From: Phoronis australis
Lineage: Eukaryota > Animalia > Phoronida
NCBI GenBank assembly: GCA_002633005.1
Contig: NMRA01000733.1
Location: 95,320-159,319, forward strand
Direction of reading: 5' to 3'
Length of the DNA: 64,000 nt
In this document: positions 40,001 through 52,000 of the stretch, in pieces
Numbering within the stretch: the first letter of the stretch is position 1
Layout of the letters: each line of letters begins with the position of its first letter
The notes under the pieces: model-generated
Told to the model about the DNA's origin: nothing
The model's database searches: none
What the model saw: the letters and a program-made list of their open reading frames with translations, nothing else
Translations under genes and position numbers: made by a program

Positions 40001-43000
40001 AATATAAAGCTAGCTAAGATGATATGATATGATAAACTGTATAACAGCAATTTCACTTGAGATCACCAAAAAACAGTGCACTCATCATTCAACCAATATT
40101 TGTAATATCTGTAATACCTGTTTGGTAAGCTATTTGGCTGTTTTCATAAATTTAGACATATAAGTCTTGATCCACAGTTTTTTTTTGTAAAAAGGTCACT
40201 ACAAGGGAGCTGTTCTTGTAAACTTAGATGTAAAAGCCTTGTTCAATGCATTTTTGTATAAAACCTCAGTATGTGGGGAGGAGGAGTTTACTGGTGAATG
40301 GTGGTGGGAAGTGGGGGTAATGCATCGTTCGAATCATGGATGCCCTGGAATATTGGGAACCCCATTTTGAACACCCTATTTTCGAAATCCTGGATAAAGC
40401 CCTGGCCCAAATTTGGGACTCGATTACGTCTAGTTTCCTGTTTTTTGTGAAATCGTGCAACCGACTTTCATGTTGAGGAAGGTCACTTCCTGCAGTCTTG
40501 TGATCACATGGTGGTGGAATGAACTATCACTCTTTTCCAAGCTTAATGATGTTCAGCCTTTCAAAATTAAGGAGTCCTATGTCAGACGGTACACTCTCTC
40601 AGTGGAGCAGTTTGGAGAAATGCCCCTTTGTCCCTCTATACATGTAAATCCGACACTGCCTAGCAGGCCTTTATCCAGGATTTCGAAAATAGGGTGTCCA
40701 AAATGGGGTTCCCAATATTCCAGGGCGTCCATGATTCCGATGCGTAACCCCCCCACCCCCAGCAATCCCCCTAAACACACAGATTTTTTACAAAACTGCA
40801 TAGACCAAGGTTTTTACATCTAAGTTAAAAACAGCCTTCTGTAGTGAGCATTTTTACTAAAAAAAACTGTAGACCAAGACTTTACAATGCTATCAACCAA
40901 GTGTGAGCACAGCAACATTGTATATACATTGTATATTTCTTTCTGCTTTGAAAAAAGATCCCCCACTGTGAGCCTTCAGAGGCTTCTTAGTATTCATTAC
41001 AATGTGTGAGTCCAAACTTGAAAGGTTCCTATTGACAGTGGGCGTCCAAATGATACATTGGGTGTCCTTGCCAGGGTGTTCAGATTAGTGCGGATGCTGC
41101 ATCAAGGCCTGCTGCCTAGTTTTCACGAGGGAAGTTGAGATTCCAAATTCATTAAAAAAGACAAAACATTCATGCACAGCACAACAGTATCAAGACATTC
41201 GACCCAAACAACCAAAAAATGTGAAAAAATAGAAGAGGGTTTTGACCGCCGTCAAAAGGGTGGAATTTTGAAGAACGTGAAGACCGCCGATGGTTAGTTA
41301 CGGAATAATGTTACTGTTTCCCATAGTATCACAAGAATAGTATACCTTTTGAAAATGATTACCATGAATTGTTTGTAACGAATTTCCACATGTGGAAAAC
41401 ACTGCTGTAGAGGCTACCATTGGGGTGACCATGTACATGTCGAATGAGCGTGCTCAAATACTCGCAATGATAAAGAAATATTTCTGCTTTTTCTAGGTTC
41501 AACTAGGTGAACTGTTATAGGTACCTCAGAAATGAGCAAAATACACCTTACTATGAATGCCCAATCTCTCATTTTCCCCTGATTTCCCTTCAAAAATCTG
41601 CGAGCATGCCTGCAGAAAATGCTTATAACACTCCGTTTTGATCAACAAATTCATTGGTTTCTGATTTACATGTTTATGTATCTACGAAAACTGTCAGCTT
41701 AAAAGATGATTTTTGGCCATTACAAGCTAGTTTTTTAAGAAGTGATTATGATTCAGGGAATTAAGTTGAAGCCTGAATATGGAAAAAAACTCTAGTATAA
41801 TCCGATCCCTCAATAGTAAAGTGCACTTGGACGCTTTTTGCCTATCTAAAATAATTCTCAAGGACATTGATGAAATTTGGACAATTCCCAAAATTTACCC
41901 ACAATTCAAATGACAATAAATGCATTACTTTTTTGACTTCGGTACAAGTCTTGTTGTTTAAACTCACTCACAGGGCATCAAAAAGGAATTAAAGGAGCAT
42001 GCCACCCAAAAAAAACCTAATTTGTATCAATATAGATCGAGTAGTTCTACTCCATAACAACGCGTACAGTTGCGTTACCTGACACCTGACGGAAGACGGA
42101 GGTGTTGAAATTATCCAATGACGTCATCGGTTTCACACGCAGTCTGTTCAGCAGTTCACAACATGGGTTACTGGTGTCAGCTTATCGCTTGAAGTCATCG
42201 TTTAACACCAATAAATCATCAAACTTCGATGTAAAACCCTTAAAAATACACCGTGTTCTTATAAAAAAGTGTTGTTTTATTTCGCTCTTACGGATTTATT
42301 GGTATTTGGACACACCGTAGCCTACAAAGTTTGGCAGGCCAATAAGGTCCGTAGCAGGAGTTTGGGGTCTGTTCGAAGATAATTTTGAAGTATTTTCCGT
42401 GAGATACAGACAAGAGAACCTAGATCTGTGTTGTTTAGACTTGTGATTTTTTGAGTTCTAAACACAAAACGCTTGTTATCCTGGCCAGTGGCTCGGAGCC
42501 CGATCGGGCCCGTCGCGGCTGGCCTGATTGACTCGTTATCCCGGCCAGTGGCTCGGAAACTGATCAGACATCACGAACATAAACCAGCCAAAGTTCAGTG
42601 GAAACTAAACTTCCAGTCAAGAAAATACTATACTAGTGAGCCAAAGTAATGTGCACCTGATTATGTTAGTGAATTAGCCACGAAACTGCAAATCTACTTA
42701 ATCGTCAGGGGCCGCGAATCCAGGTTCCGCTTTGGCCACAGCACTGTCAGGGCAGAAGTTGTACATTGACAATCATTATTTGAGTAATGTAAATGTAAAT
42801 AAAGATTCCCCGAACATCTGGCCGTGGGATAGAAATCGAGTTGTTTCACTACAGTTTCTGCCTGCAAACACAAATTAGCATGAGCTGACATGGCCTCGGT
42901 GTCCCGTCAATTAGTTTTATTGCATCTAAAGCCGGTAATGCAGTGATTTATTCATTGCTGGCTTCTCAAATCATTTGCGCTCACGAACACTCCAAAGGCA

Positions 43001-46000
43001 TTACAAATTGCATCTAATGAGACGAAATTTGGTTTCAGTTTTATATAAGTATTGGTAAGGGTGAGAATAATTCGTTTTAAACAGAACGCTCAGTAATAAA
43101 CGCCAACATGGCAACTCACAATCCCGACTTAGGACGAGCTAGAGCTCATCAGTCCCGACTTCGCAGGTGGATCGTTAAGTTTTACAGGCTATCAATTAGA
43201 ACAGGAATACAGTGATGAAGAAATACTAGAGAGGCGCCATGAACAAGCTCAGACAACGGAACGTATGGAGTTATTTGGTAAGCCGGCATTCGTCAGACAC
43301 TGTCAACGTCTGCAGGCCACAGACACGGAGATGTTTCACGGCCTCATACTTGCTATTTACAGTGTACATTTCATTCTTCACTACCATGAGCTACTTCCTA
43401 AGCCTTTTAGACTCTCGAGGAAGTAAAAACAAACGATATACCTGCTTTCCTCGCAGCTGCTTAGTTTGGACAAGCGGGAACGATGCACCGCAGCATAGCG
43501 GCATTCACTCTGCATATGAACCACTGACGTCGCTAGCATCGTTTCTCACCTTCCTCACAGGTTAACGCGACACCTCTTGGCAAGGTAAAGTCGACCGTAT
43601 GCGAGGCGATGTGGATATAGACCGATTAAGACGGCAAAAAAGACTAATTAAATCGGGTGGCATTCTCCTTTAAGTCCTTTAATCAAAGTAAACACATTGT
43701 TCATGGATTTGATTGTTGGTTTCTGATTTACATGTTTATGTATCTATGAAAGTGGACTGATTAAGAGCTGATTTTTTAGAATTAGAAGCTAATCTTGTAA
43801 GAAATGATAATGCTTCAATGAACTTAATTGCAGGCCGACATTGGGAAATTTCGATATATCATCAGATCCCCAAATAGAAATGTACACTAAATGATTTTTG
43901 TCTATCTGAAATAAGTCTCAAGGAAATTTAAGAATTTCGGACAGTTCTACAAAGTGTCCCAAAATGTTCTCACACTTCGAATGACAGTAAATTGTTTCTT
44001 GGTTTAGGAACTAGATTACTAGATTACTGGGTTTAAGTTTACAAACCGCAGATCGAAAAAGACGTTTTTAAAAGTACTTAAACAAATAAAATCTAAGTCA
44101 TTGGTCATCAAATTGGAAAGGTTGTCTTTGCACTTCATTGATGTTTTTAGTTTCCAGTAGTATTCCACAATGAATTTTTGTTCTTCAAAACTGAATCATT
44201 TGCTTGCATTTCCTTTGCATACTACACACAAGGCATGCGCACCCAGCCTAAAATATATTGAAGCTCGAATTTTTGAGGATGTGGACCTTTTACTAAAGAA
44301 AAATAAACAGAATACGGGACTTGTTCAGGGCTATGAATTGTGCATACGCCTTAGTGGAATTTTGTCTCGTTTTTCTCAGACTTTTTGTTTCTTTGAGGCG
44401 GACCTTTTTGCCCACTTTAGCAAATGGGGGAGGGCTCGTTCGGGTCCCCCGAGCCCCCCTCTATGGGTGCGCACACGCACAGAGCACATCATGACGGGCA
44501 GACCCAAGTTAAAAATAAGGTGTAACCATGTAGTAGGTCTGTATAGAATATCATTTACCCATGGGAACTGAATTTAAACTCCAGACGTACGTTGAAATGT
44601 GTACATTTTTGGGACACACCCTGTATCATTTCCCCCAGCAACCAAAACAAATTGGACTACCGGCAGACTTCATCTAGGGATTCTGAAACGGCCACAAAGG
44701 CACTCATACCAGGCACCTCAGGACCTCACCTTTCCAAAAAATTACTTCAAAGAATGGAAATAATAAATTGAAGTTTTCACCGAAACTGTATCATAATAAA
44801 ACATACCTTGACCTTCAACCCAGAGCAGAGGAATAGGTACAAATCCATTGTTGGAACCCAGATATAATTACTTCAGGCAGCTCCCAGCTACCTGTCAGTG
44901 CGCTGGCCCTAGACCCATTCTTACTCTCTGTGAAACTTTGTTGGTTCACGGTTATTCACATCGTGATGGCTGCATCCCCGGTATTACCCCCACCTACGGC
45001 GGACGTGGGGGGGGGGTGTCGGTACAAATATGGTGACATCCAGAGAACGGGGGTGGGAGGGGGTGGCGATGGCAAGGGAGTAGGTTGGCGAAGTCAAATT
45101 AGTTTGTGCCCTCCAATAATTTTTTCCTTCCTACGATCCTGATGTGTATTATGAATGGCTAAATAAACTATCTATAGATCTATCAAGCTGGCATTACAGG
45201 CGCTCTGGCCGCCCAAGGTGTTCTCCATTACATCAATCAAAGACTTTTGATACGGGAACTCTGACAGTCACTACTCAATGTGGACTATCAAACTTCCAAA
45301 CAATCCTCTGTCTTACGTTTCGTCGCGAAACGAAATGTGTCGATTTCACTGTTAATAATCGACACATTTTAAAATGCGCGTTTTCACTTTACCTTATATC
45401 TTGCCACTAGCTGGTCTACACGAAGTGTTCCCCAAAGGTTTTCAAACTAGACTCAAATTTAGACTCTAGCTCACCAAACTAAATTTGTCTTAATAGCAGA
45501 GCATATTGTTCAACTTAAAACTATCTCAATAAGCAATGGCTCTCAAAACCAAGAACACTTCTTTCTGTGATTGCAACAAGAACAAAGAGACTGAGCACGC
45601 AGGCCCTGCAGACAGCTCGAATATCACCATCAGGCCCTGATTGGCCAAGACAACAGTCCAATTAGCCGCAAGAGGGTTTCACATAACAAACAACTGGGCA
45701 AACCTAAGAAACGTAATTATCCTTAAAGGTCACATGCATGTCAGTTTCATTGTTCCTGATAGCAGAGACATATTCAAGAATTTGAGTCAGGGATGACAAG
45801 GGTTATTGGCTTATATGTATGTTTTCAAGTTGAGAACCAGGTACGGTACTAGTAATCACTGAATTACAGTTATCTAGTTATTCAGTGGATGAAACTGGAT
45901 CACTAATCAGGGAGTACTGTATTCAACTAGTGTCGGGGGTTGGTGAATGGTGAGTCAGCTGTGTATAGTTATTGCCGCTTGCTCGCAAGCTTTCAAGTTT

Positions 46001-49000
46001 GCCTTGTTTATGTTCTTTGATCTTTTACTGTTTCAATTCTAAAACCACACCTAGCACACTCTATTATTCACATGTTAAAATCCCTGCTTCCTTTCTCTTT
46101 CAGCCCAGGTCACACAATATTTTGGTCAGCTGATTTACATAATTTCCACATTTTATTAACAAAAATAAACTAGTTGATCAGTCCCAAAGCAAGGTCATCG
46201 GCTTGTGCGTCCACAGGTGATGCATTGCCTAAAACTGAATGGAGGACCTTTTCATGACAGAGTCAGTAAATTTCTAGTTACTAAATTGCACTGTTAAACT
46301 TTCATTTTTTTTGTGAAACATGTTAAATTGCTTTTTTAGTACTTAGTGTATACTCAAGAGATCTTGATTTTCAGTAAATGGAAATGGACAGAATTTAATG
46401 GTAATTATTTTCGTTAAAGCTCCCAATAAATTTGCCCTTCTAATTATCTTGCTATCATGGAATTCACCAGCAGTTTAGTAAATACCATATTTCTTATATT
46501 TTTAGTTTTTAAATGCCAAACATTAACAAAAAACTCATCAAATTCCACGATTCTGAGCACAAATCGATTGATGATGATTTATAACAGACATGTTCAATTC
46601 TTGTTTCTTTCTCTCTGTAAGTGGCACTGTTCTTTTGCTGGTTTCGAGAAACAATAAACATGGCACGTAGCAAGATATTGCTAAAATGAAGCTGCAGCAT
46701 TCGAAAAAGTAAAACAAATCTGCTAATTTACACAACAGAAAAAAATAATGTTTACTAAATCACATTTCTCTGTTTCTGAAATGAAAAATCATGGTCTATA
46801 ATCCTTTTACAGAAGATTGAATTCCAAGTCCCGCTGTGACATCACCAGGTGAGTTACATATGACACATGGATGCATTGTTTCAAGATGAATTACTTGGTA
46901 ATCTTGTTGTTTCAGTGTCCAAGTGTTCTCGGCTGAAGAAGGCTCATCACCATCCCAATACACCATGCCTGTGGGTACACACCTGGGTAGTTCGAGACAA
47001 GCAAGTAAACCTAAGGAAAAGTGCAAGAGGAAACACCACAGTCTTGATGAAGAAGAATCTTTGGTTAGACAGCATAAGCACAAGAAAAGAAAGTCTTCTG
47101 AAGAATCTCACTGTACTTTCAGACAACTGGAGCAAAAGGATTGTCACCTAGAAGCAGACAAAGTGCCTCTATCTAGCGCTATTGAGTTGCTTTGTGGTCA
47201 GAGCGATGCATCTACTGGGAAAAAAAAGAAAAAACACACTCGTCCCGGAAAGGAAGAAAAAGTTGTTGAATCTGAAAGTAATGACATTAAGCTTGATGAG
47301 AAAGGAGTTAAGAATGGGGAAGAGTGCCAGAATGAATGCTTGATTGACAGCTCTCCTTTGCTGACTAACACAAGTAATGCTGTCTCTGAGATTGTGGTAT
47401 CACATCCAAATGGAGCATTAGAAGACTGTGTCATTGATTATGGTTTAATGAAGACTGACAAACCAAAACGAAGGCGCAATAGGCGTCGGAAACGTGCACA
47501 GTCTGTGGAAGTAGACTTGCAAACACCAAATGAAAGTATGACATTTCAACCAGCTCTGCCAACTAATGTGCGACCACTGAGAAATGTAAAGAAGCCGGAA
47601 GGTAAAAGAGTTGTGTTTGACTCAGATGAGGAGACTATTGAGGGTGTAGGTGGTGGAACTGAGCATTCAGTGGACATCAGCCTTGACCATGTTCCCACCT
47701 TTACAGGTGTGGGTAGTCAGCTGAATGAAGTGCAGGGTATCAAAGAAACAAAGAGACGACCCAAGCGAGGCTGCACTGTCTTTTATGAACAGCCCAAGAT
47801 AGATCAACTGAATGCTGTACAGACTAACAAGTCCATCATATTTCAAGTTAGGATCTTTTGTTTTCTTTGCTTCAAATTAAAGACCTTGTTTTTCTTTCCG
47901 TTAATTCAATCAACATCACAATGGTGAGTGTTCAGAGACTGCTTGCCTATATCACTGTTGCCATTGAGCAGTTTACTTTGTAATATTTACAAAGTCTGAA
48001 GTGTAATGACGTTTGATTTCATTGATGAATCCATGTTGTGTACTACCACTTGGTCTTTATTCCAGAATATTAGAGTTGTATATAGTTCCTTAGTATGTAA
48101 CTTTAAATGTGCATTTGAAATTATTATCCATGACACTGATATGTGTTCTGTTATAAAGATTATGGTCATTATTCTTTATGAATTGATTCTGCCAACATGT
48201 AAACTTGCAAGTCATCTAACTTTAAGTCTTTCCTCCAAATGTGCTTAACGCATTTCCCACTGTTAACCAAATGTTATTATTTTAACCAGAATCTGAATGG
48301 AGACTGTGATGAGCTGCCAGATAATGAAGTTCAACAGCCTTGTAAAGACTACACAACTTTCCCACCACTGACTGGACCACCAAGAGTAGGTGATGTCATA
48401 GCCTTTAAGGTAATTTGTCATCAGCCTGGCTGGTCCATGACTATATGTCAACATTTTGTGTCACAATACCACCGTAAAATAACCCATTTAGTTATTCAAT
48501 GCGGATTGAATAACATTTTGGCGAGAAACCATGGCCAGTTTCGAACCCGCTTCTCAAGAGTTCCGAGTCGTCAACATTACCACTGCACCACTCAATTACT
48601 GACGTCATCGAATGTGAAAATAGAATACTTAAATGAGCACGCGCAACAATTGCATGTTCTGACATTTATACGCTATGAAAAATAAGATACACAATTTCAG
48701 TAAAAACGACATCTTTAATTCAGTAAAATTTATCTGTCATTTTCTCTCACTTGTAAATCATCGATCTCCAGTTTGAATGTAAGTAAGTGTCCTTTGACTT
48801 GGACATTATACAGGAGAATAGGTTCATCATTGGTCTCTAGAGGCATTGTATATAAAATGTTCACTAACTTAGAGACTTGGTTGGTTGTTGGCAGACGTTT
48901 CGAGCTGGTCCGCCAGGTCTTTGTTGATGAATGAAGGATTTCCCGCCTTACGCTCGTTAAGAATGCTGGAGTACACGGGGGGTGGGTGGAGTCCTCTGTC

Positions 49001-52000
49001 TCGGTTCAAGAATGGGCGCTAACTGTTGATGTTTATGGCGTCTTTGAGCTTACGAGTATACCATGCTCCCGGAAAATGACATCGCCATCTTCACTGATCA
49101 ACAGTATTGACAGCTGCATTCAATTCACCATGGAGACAGAAACCAACAGAACCTTACCCCTTTTGGATCTATCCATACACATGGTCGATAATGGCTCCAT
49201 CAAAATCAAGATCTACAGGAAACCAACACATAAGGACCAATACCTCCAGTTCTCTTCCAACCACCCCTTAAAACATAAACTTTCGGACGCCCGCACCCTC
49301 CTGGATAGAGCTGATCGTTACATCACTGACTATAGTGACTATGTGGAAGAGGTAGGCCATGTTGAAGATGCTTTGCGTGCTAATGGATACCAGGAATGGA
49401 TGTTTACTGACCCCCCCTAGTCGTAAACCTACTGAAAAACTTGATGGTCCCTCCGTTGCCATCCCATACATAAGAAGAATATCTGAACACCTACAACACA
49501 TCTACAGCACCCATGGAATTTCCTGTTATATGAAACCTATCAACACCCTCCGTTCCCTACTCATCAGACCCAAAGACCCAACCCCGATGTATAAACAATG
49601 TGGGGTCATGTACCAGCTGGAATGTGACCAGGATCCCAACCACACCTACATTATAGAAACCAAGAGACCGTTCCTTACCGGATTCAAAGAACATCTGAAA
49701 CTAGACAGACCAACAGCCGTGGGAGAACATATTTTGGTGACTGGGCACACCATCTCTCTTGCGTCATCCAGGATCCTAGCCAAGGAACAAAACTGGTATA
49801 CTCGTAAGCTCAAAGAGGCCATAAACAGGAACAGTCAGCGCCCCCTCTTGAACCAAGACAGAGGACTCCACCTACCCCCCATGTACTCCAGCATTCTTAA
49901 CGAGCGAAAGGCGGGAAATCCCTCATTCATCAACAAAGACCTGGCGGACCAGGTCGAAACGTCTGCCAACAACCAACCACGTCTCTAAGTAAGTGAACAT
50001 TTTATGTACATTGGACATCATACTGAGTAACCAGTGGTAAACTACTTTAGCAGACGATATTTTTTAGTTGCCAAAAAATTATCTTACAGATTCACTTCAT
50101 GTCTATTTTGTTTCAATTTTTATTTGGTTTTAAGTAAAAACATCATTTTAACAAGAATAAGTCAGCATTTCTTAAAAGATCATGACCTCTGACCCCAGGC
50201 CTCTGACATAGAAAATACCCTCGGGCAATAATTCTCTAAAATCCACTTGCGCTCTAGATTACGAGGGATAACGACTTCACCATGTAATAATCTATCTTTA
50301 TTCTGTAAAAGAATAAAGATATGTTTGCTCTGTGCTACGATCATTCTTTTGCTGTAAAAATGTTCTTTCAATCATTTGTCTACTTTTGTAAAGCAGGAAA
50401 TTCAATACTTTGAAAATGGTTCAAGCATTGCTTTTGCTAATTTTATAATGTGTAATTACATAACTAAGCACTTACCTCAACAGGTTCAAATCTATGAAAA
50501 TTCAAGCCATTTTCTTTAAAATCAAATCTATCATTTTTCTCTAGAATAAAGTTAATACTTTAATGAAATTGAAATTCAATCATTGCAATATTCATGTTAA
50601 CCATAATTCAATGTAAATTCAACATCATAATTTCTGGTTCTGATGATCACAAACTTTAATTAACCCCAGTTTCATTACTATCAAAGACATAAATGTAGTA
50701 TTGATTGTTTACAGGTTATTGAATTATCAAGCATGTACACTCCTGAAGTATCTGAATACAGAGAGGCAAAAGTGATCCAGTACACTGATAATACAAAAAT
50801 GGTGGATGTTGATATTTCAACCCCTCAACAAGGTAATTATCGAGACAAAACTATTTCAAAATAAAACATGGATTAGCAACTTTCAAGGTTCTGTTAGCTG
50901 TGAATATTTATTACAAGACAGACGTCCAATGTTTGCTACAGTGCTTTGGGCACAAATAGGTGTTGCCAAGTTGCATTATCCATGTTTTTAGTCACAATTT
51001 CAAGTTGTTTTTGAACATTTTAAAGTGTAATTACGTTAAATATTTCAAATGTTGGTTTTGCACACGCTACATCAATATTACATGCATCATTTACACTGTA
51101 ACTTGTTCTACAACTAACTGTTATTTGTGACTTTTCTCTTTGGTGAAAGTTAAACAAAGATTGTAAAACTTCTATAACTGCTCATTGGTTTAACATGTTG
51201 TCTTTCTATCTCCAGACTATTTCATTGGTTTAATGTCGTCTTTCTCTATCCAGACTATTTCATTGGTTTAATATGTTGTCTTTCTATATCCCGACTATTT
51301 CATTGGTTTAATGTCGTCTTTCTCTATCCAGACTATTTCATTGGTTTAATGTCGTCTTTCTCTATCCAGACTATTTCATTGGTTTAATATGTTGTCTTTC
51401 TATCTCCAGACTATTTCATTGGTTTAATGTCGTCTTTCTCTATCCAGACTATTTCATTGGTTTAACATGTTGTCTTTCTATCTCCAGACTATTTCATTGG
51501 TTTAATGTCGTCTTTCTCTATCCCGACTATTTCATTGGTTTAATATGTTGTCTTTCTATATCCTGACTATTTCATTGGTTTAATATGTTGTCTTTCTCTA
51601 TCCCGACTATTTCATTGGTTTAATATGTTGTCTTTCTATATCCTGACTATTTCATTGGTTTAACATGTTGTCTTTCTATCTCCAGACTATTTCATTTTGC
51701 TTTACAACAATAAATTGTCATTGCAGTTAAATATCCTGTTGGAAAGTTTGACCTGGTCTTGGAAGATGGTGCTGAAATATTAACCAATGTAGACCAATCA
51801 CAATCTACAATGGTAAGTTGAAACAAAGCTCGACTTCTAGGCAATGAAATTCATTACAATTTGATACTTTTCTGGGGTGGCTACTAAAAAGATCATGCTT
51901 CTGTTAAATTCACTTTCTTGTCTGTTTTTGAGTTCCTCATTCACTGGAGGACTGTATAGCACAGGATTGGGCTGTAAACTGGCACTCACCAGGCTGAGAC

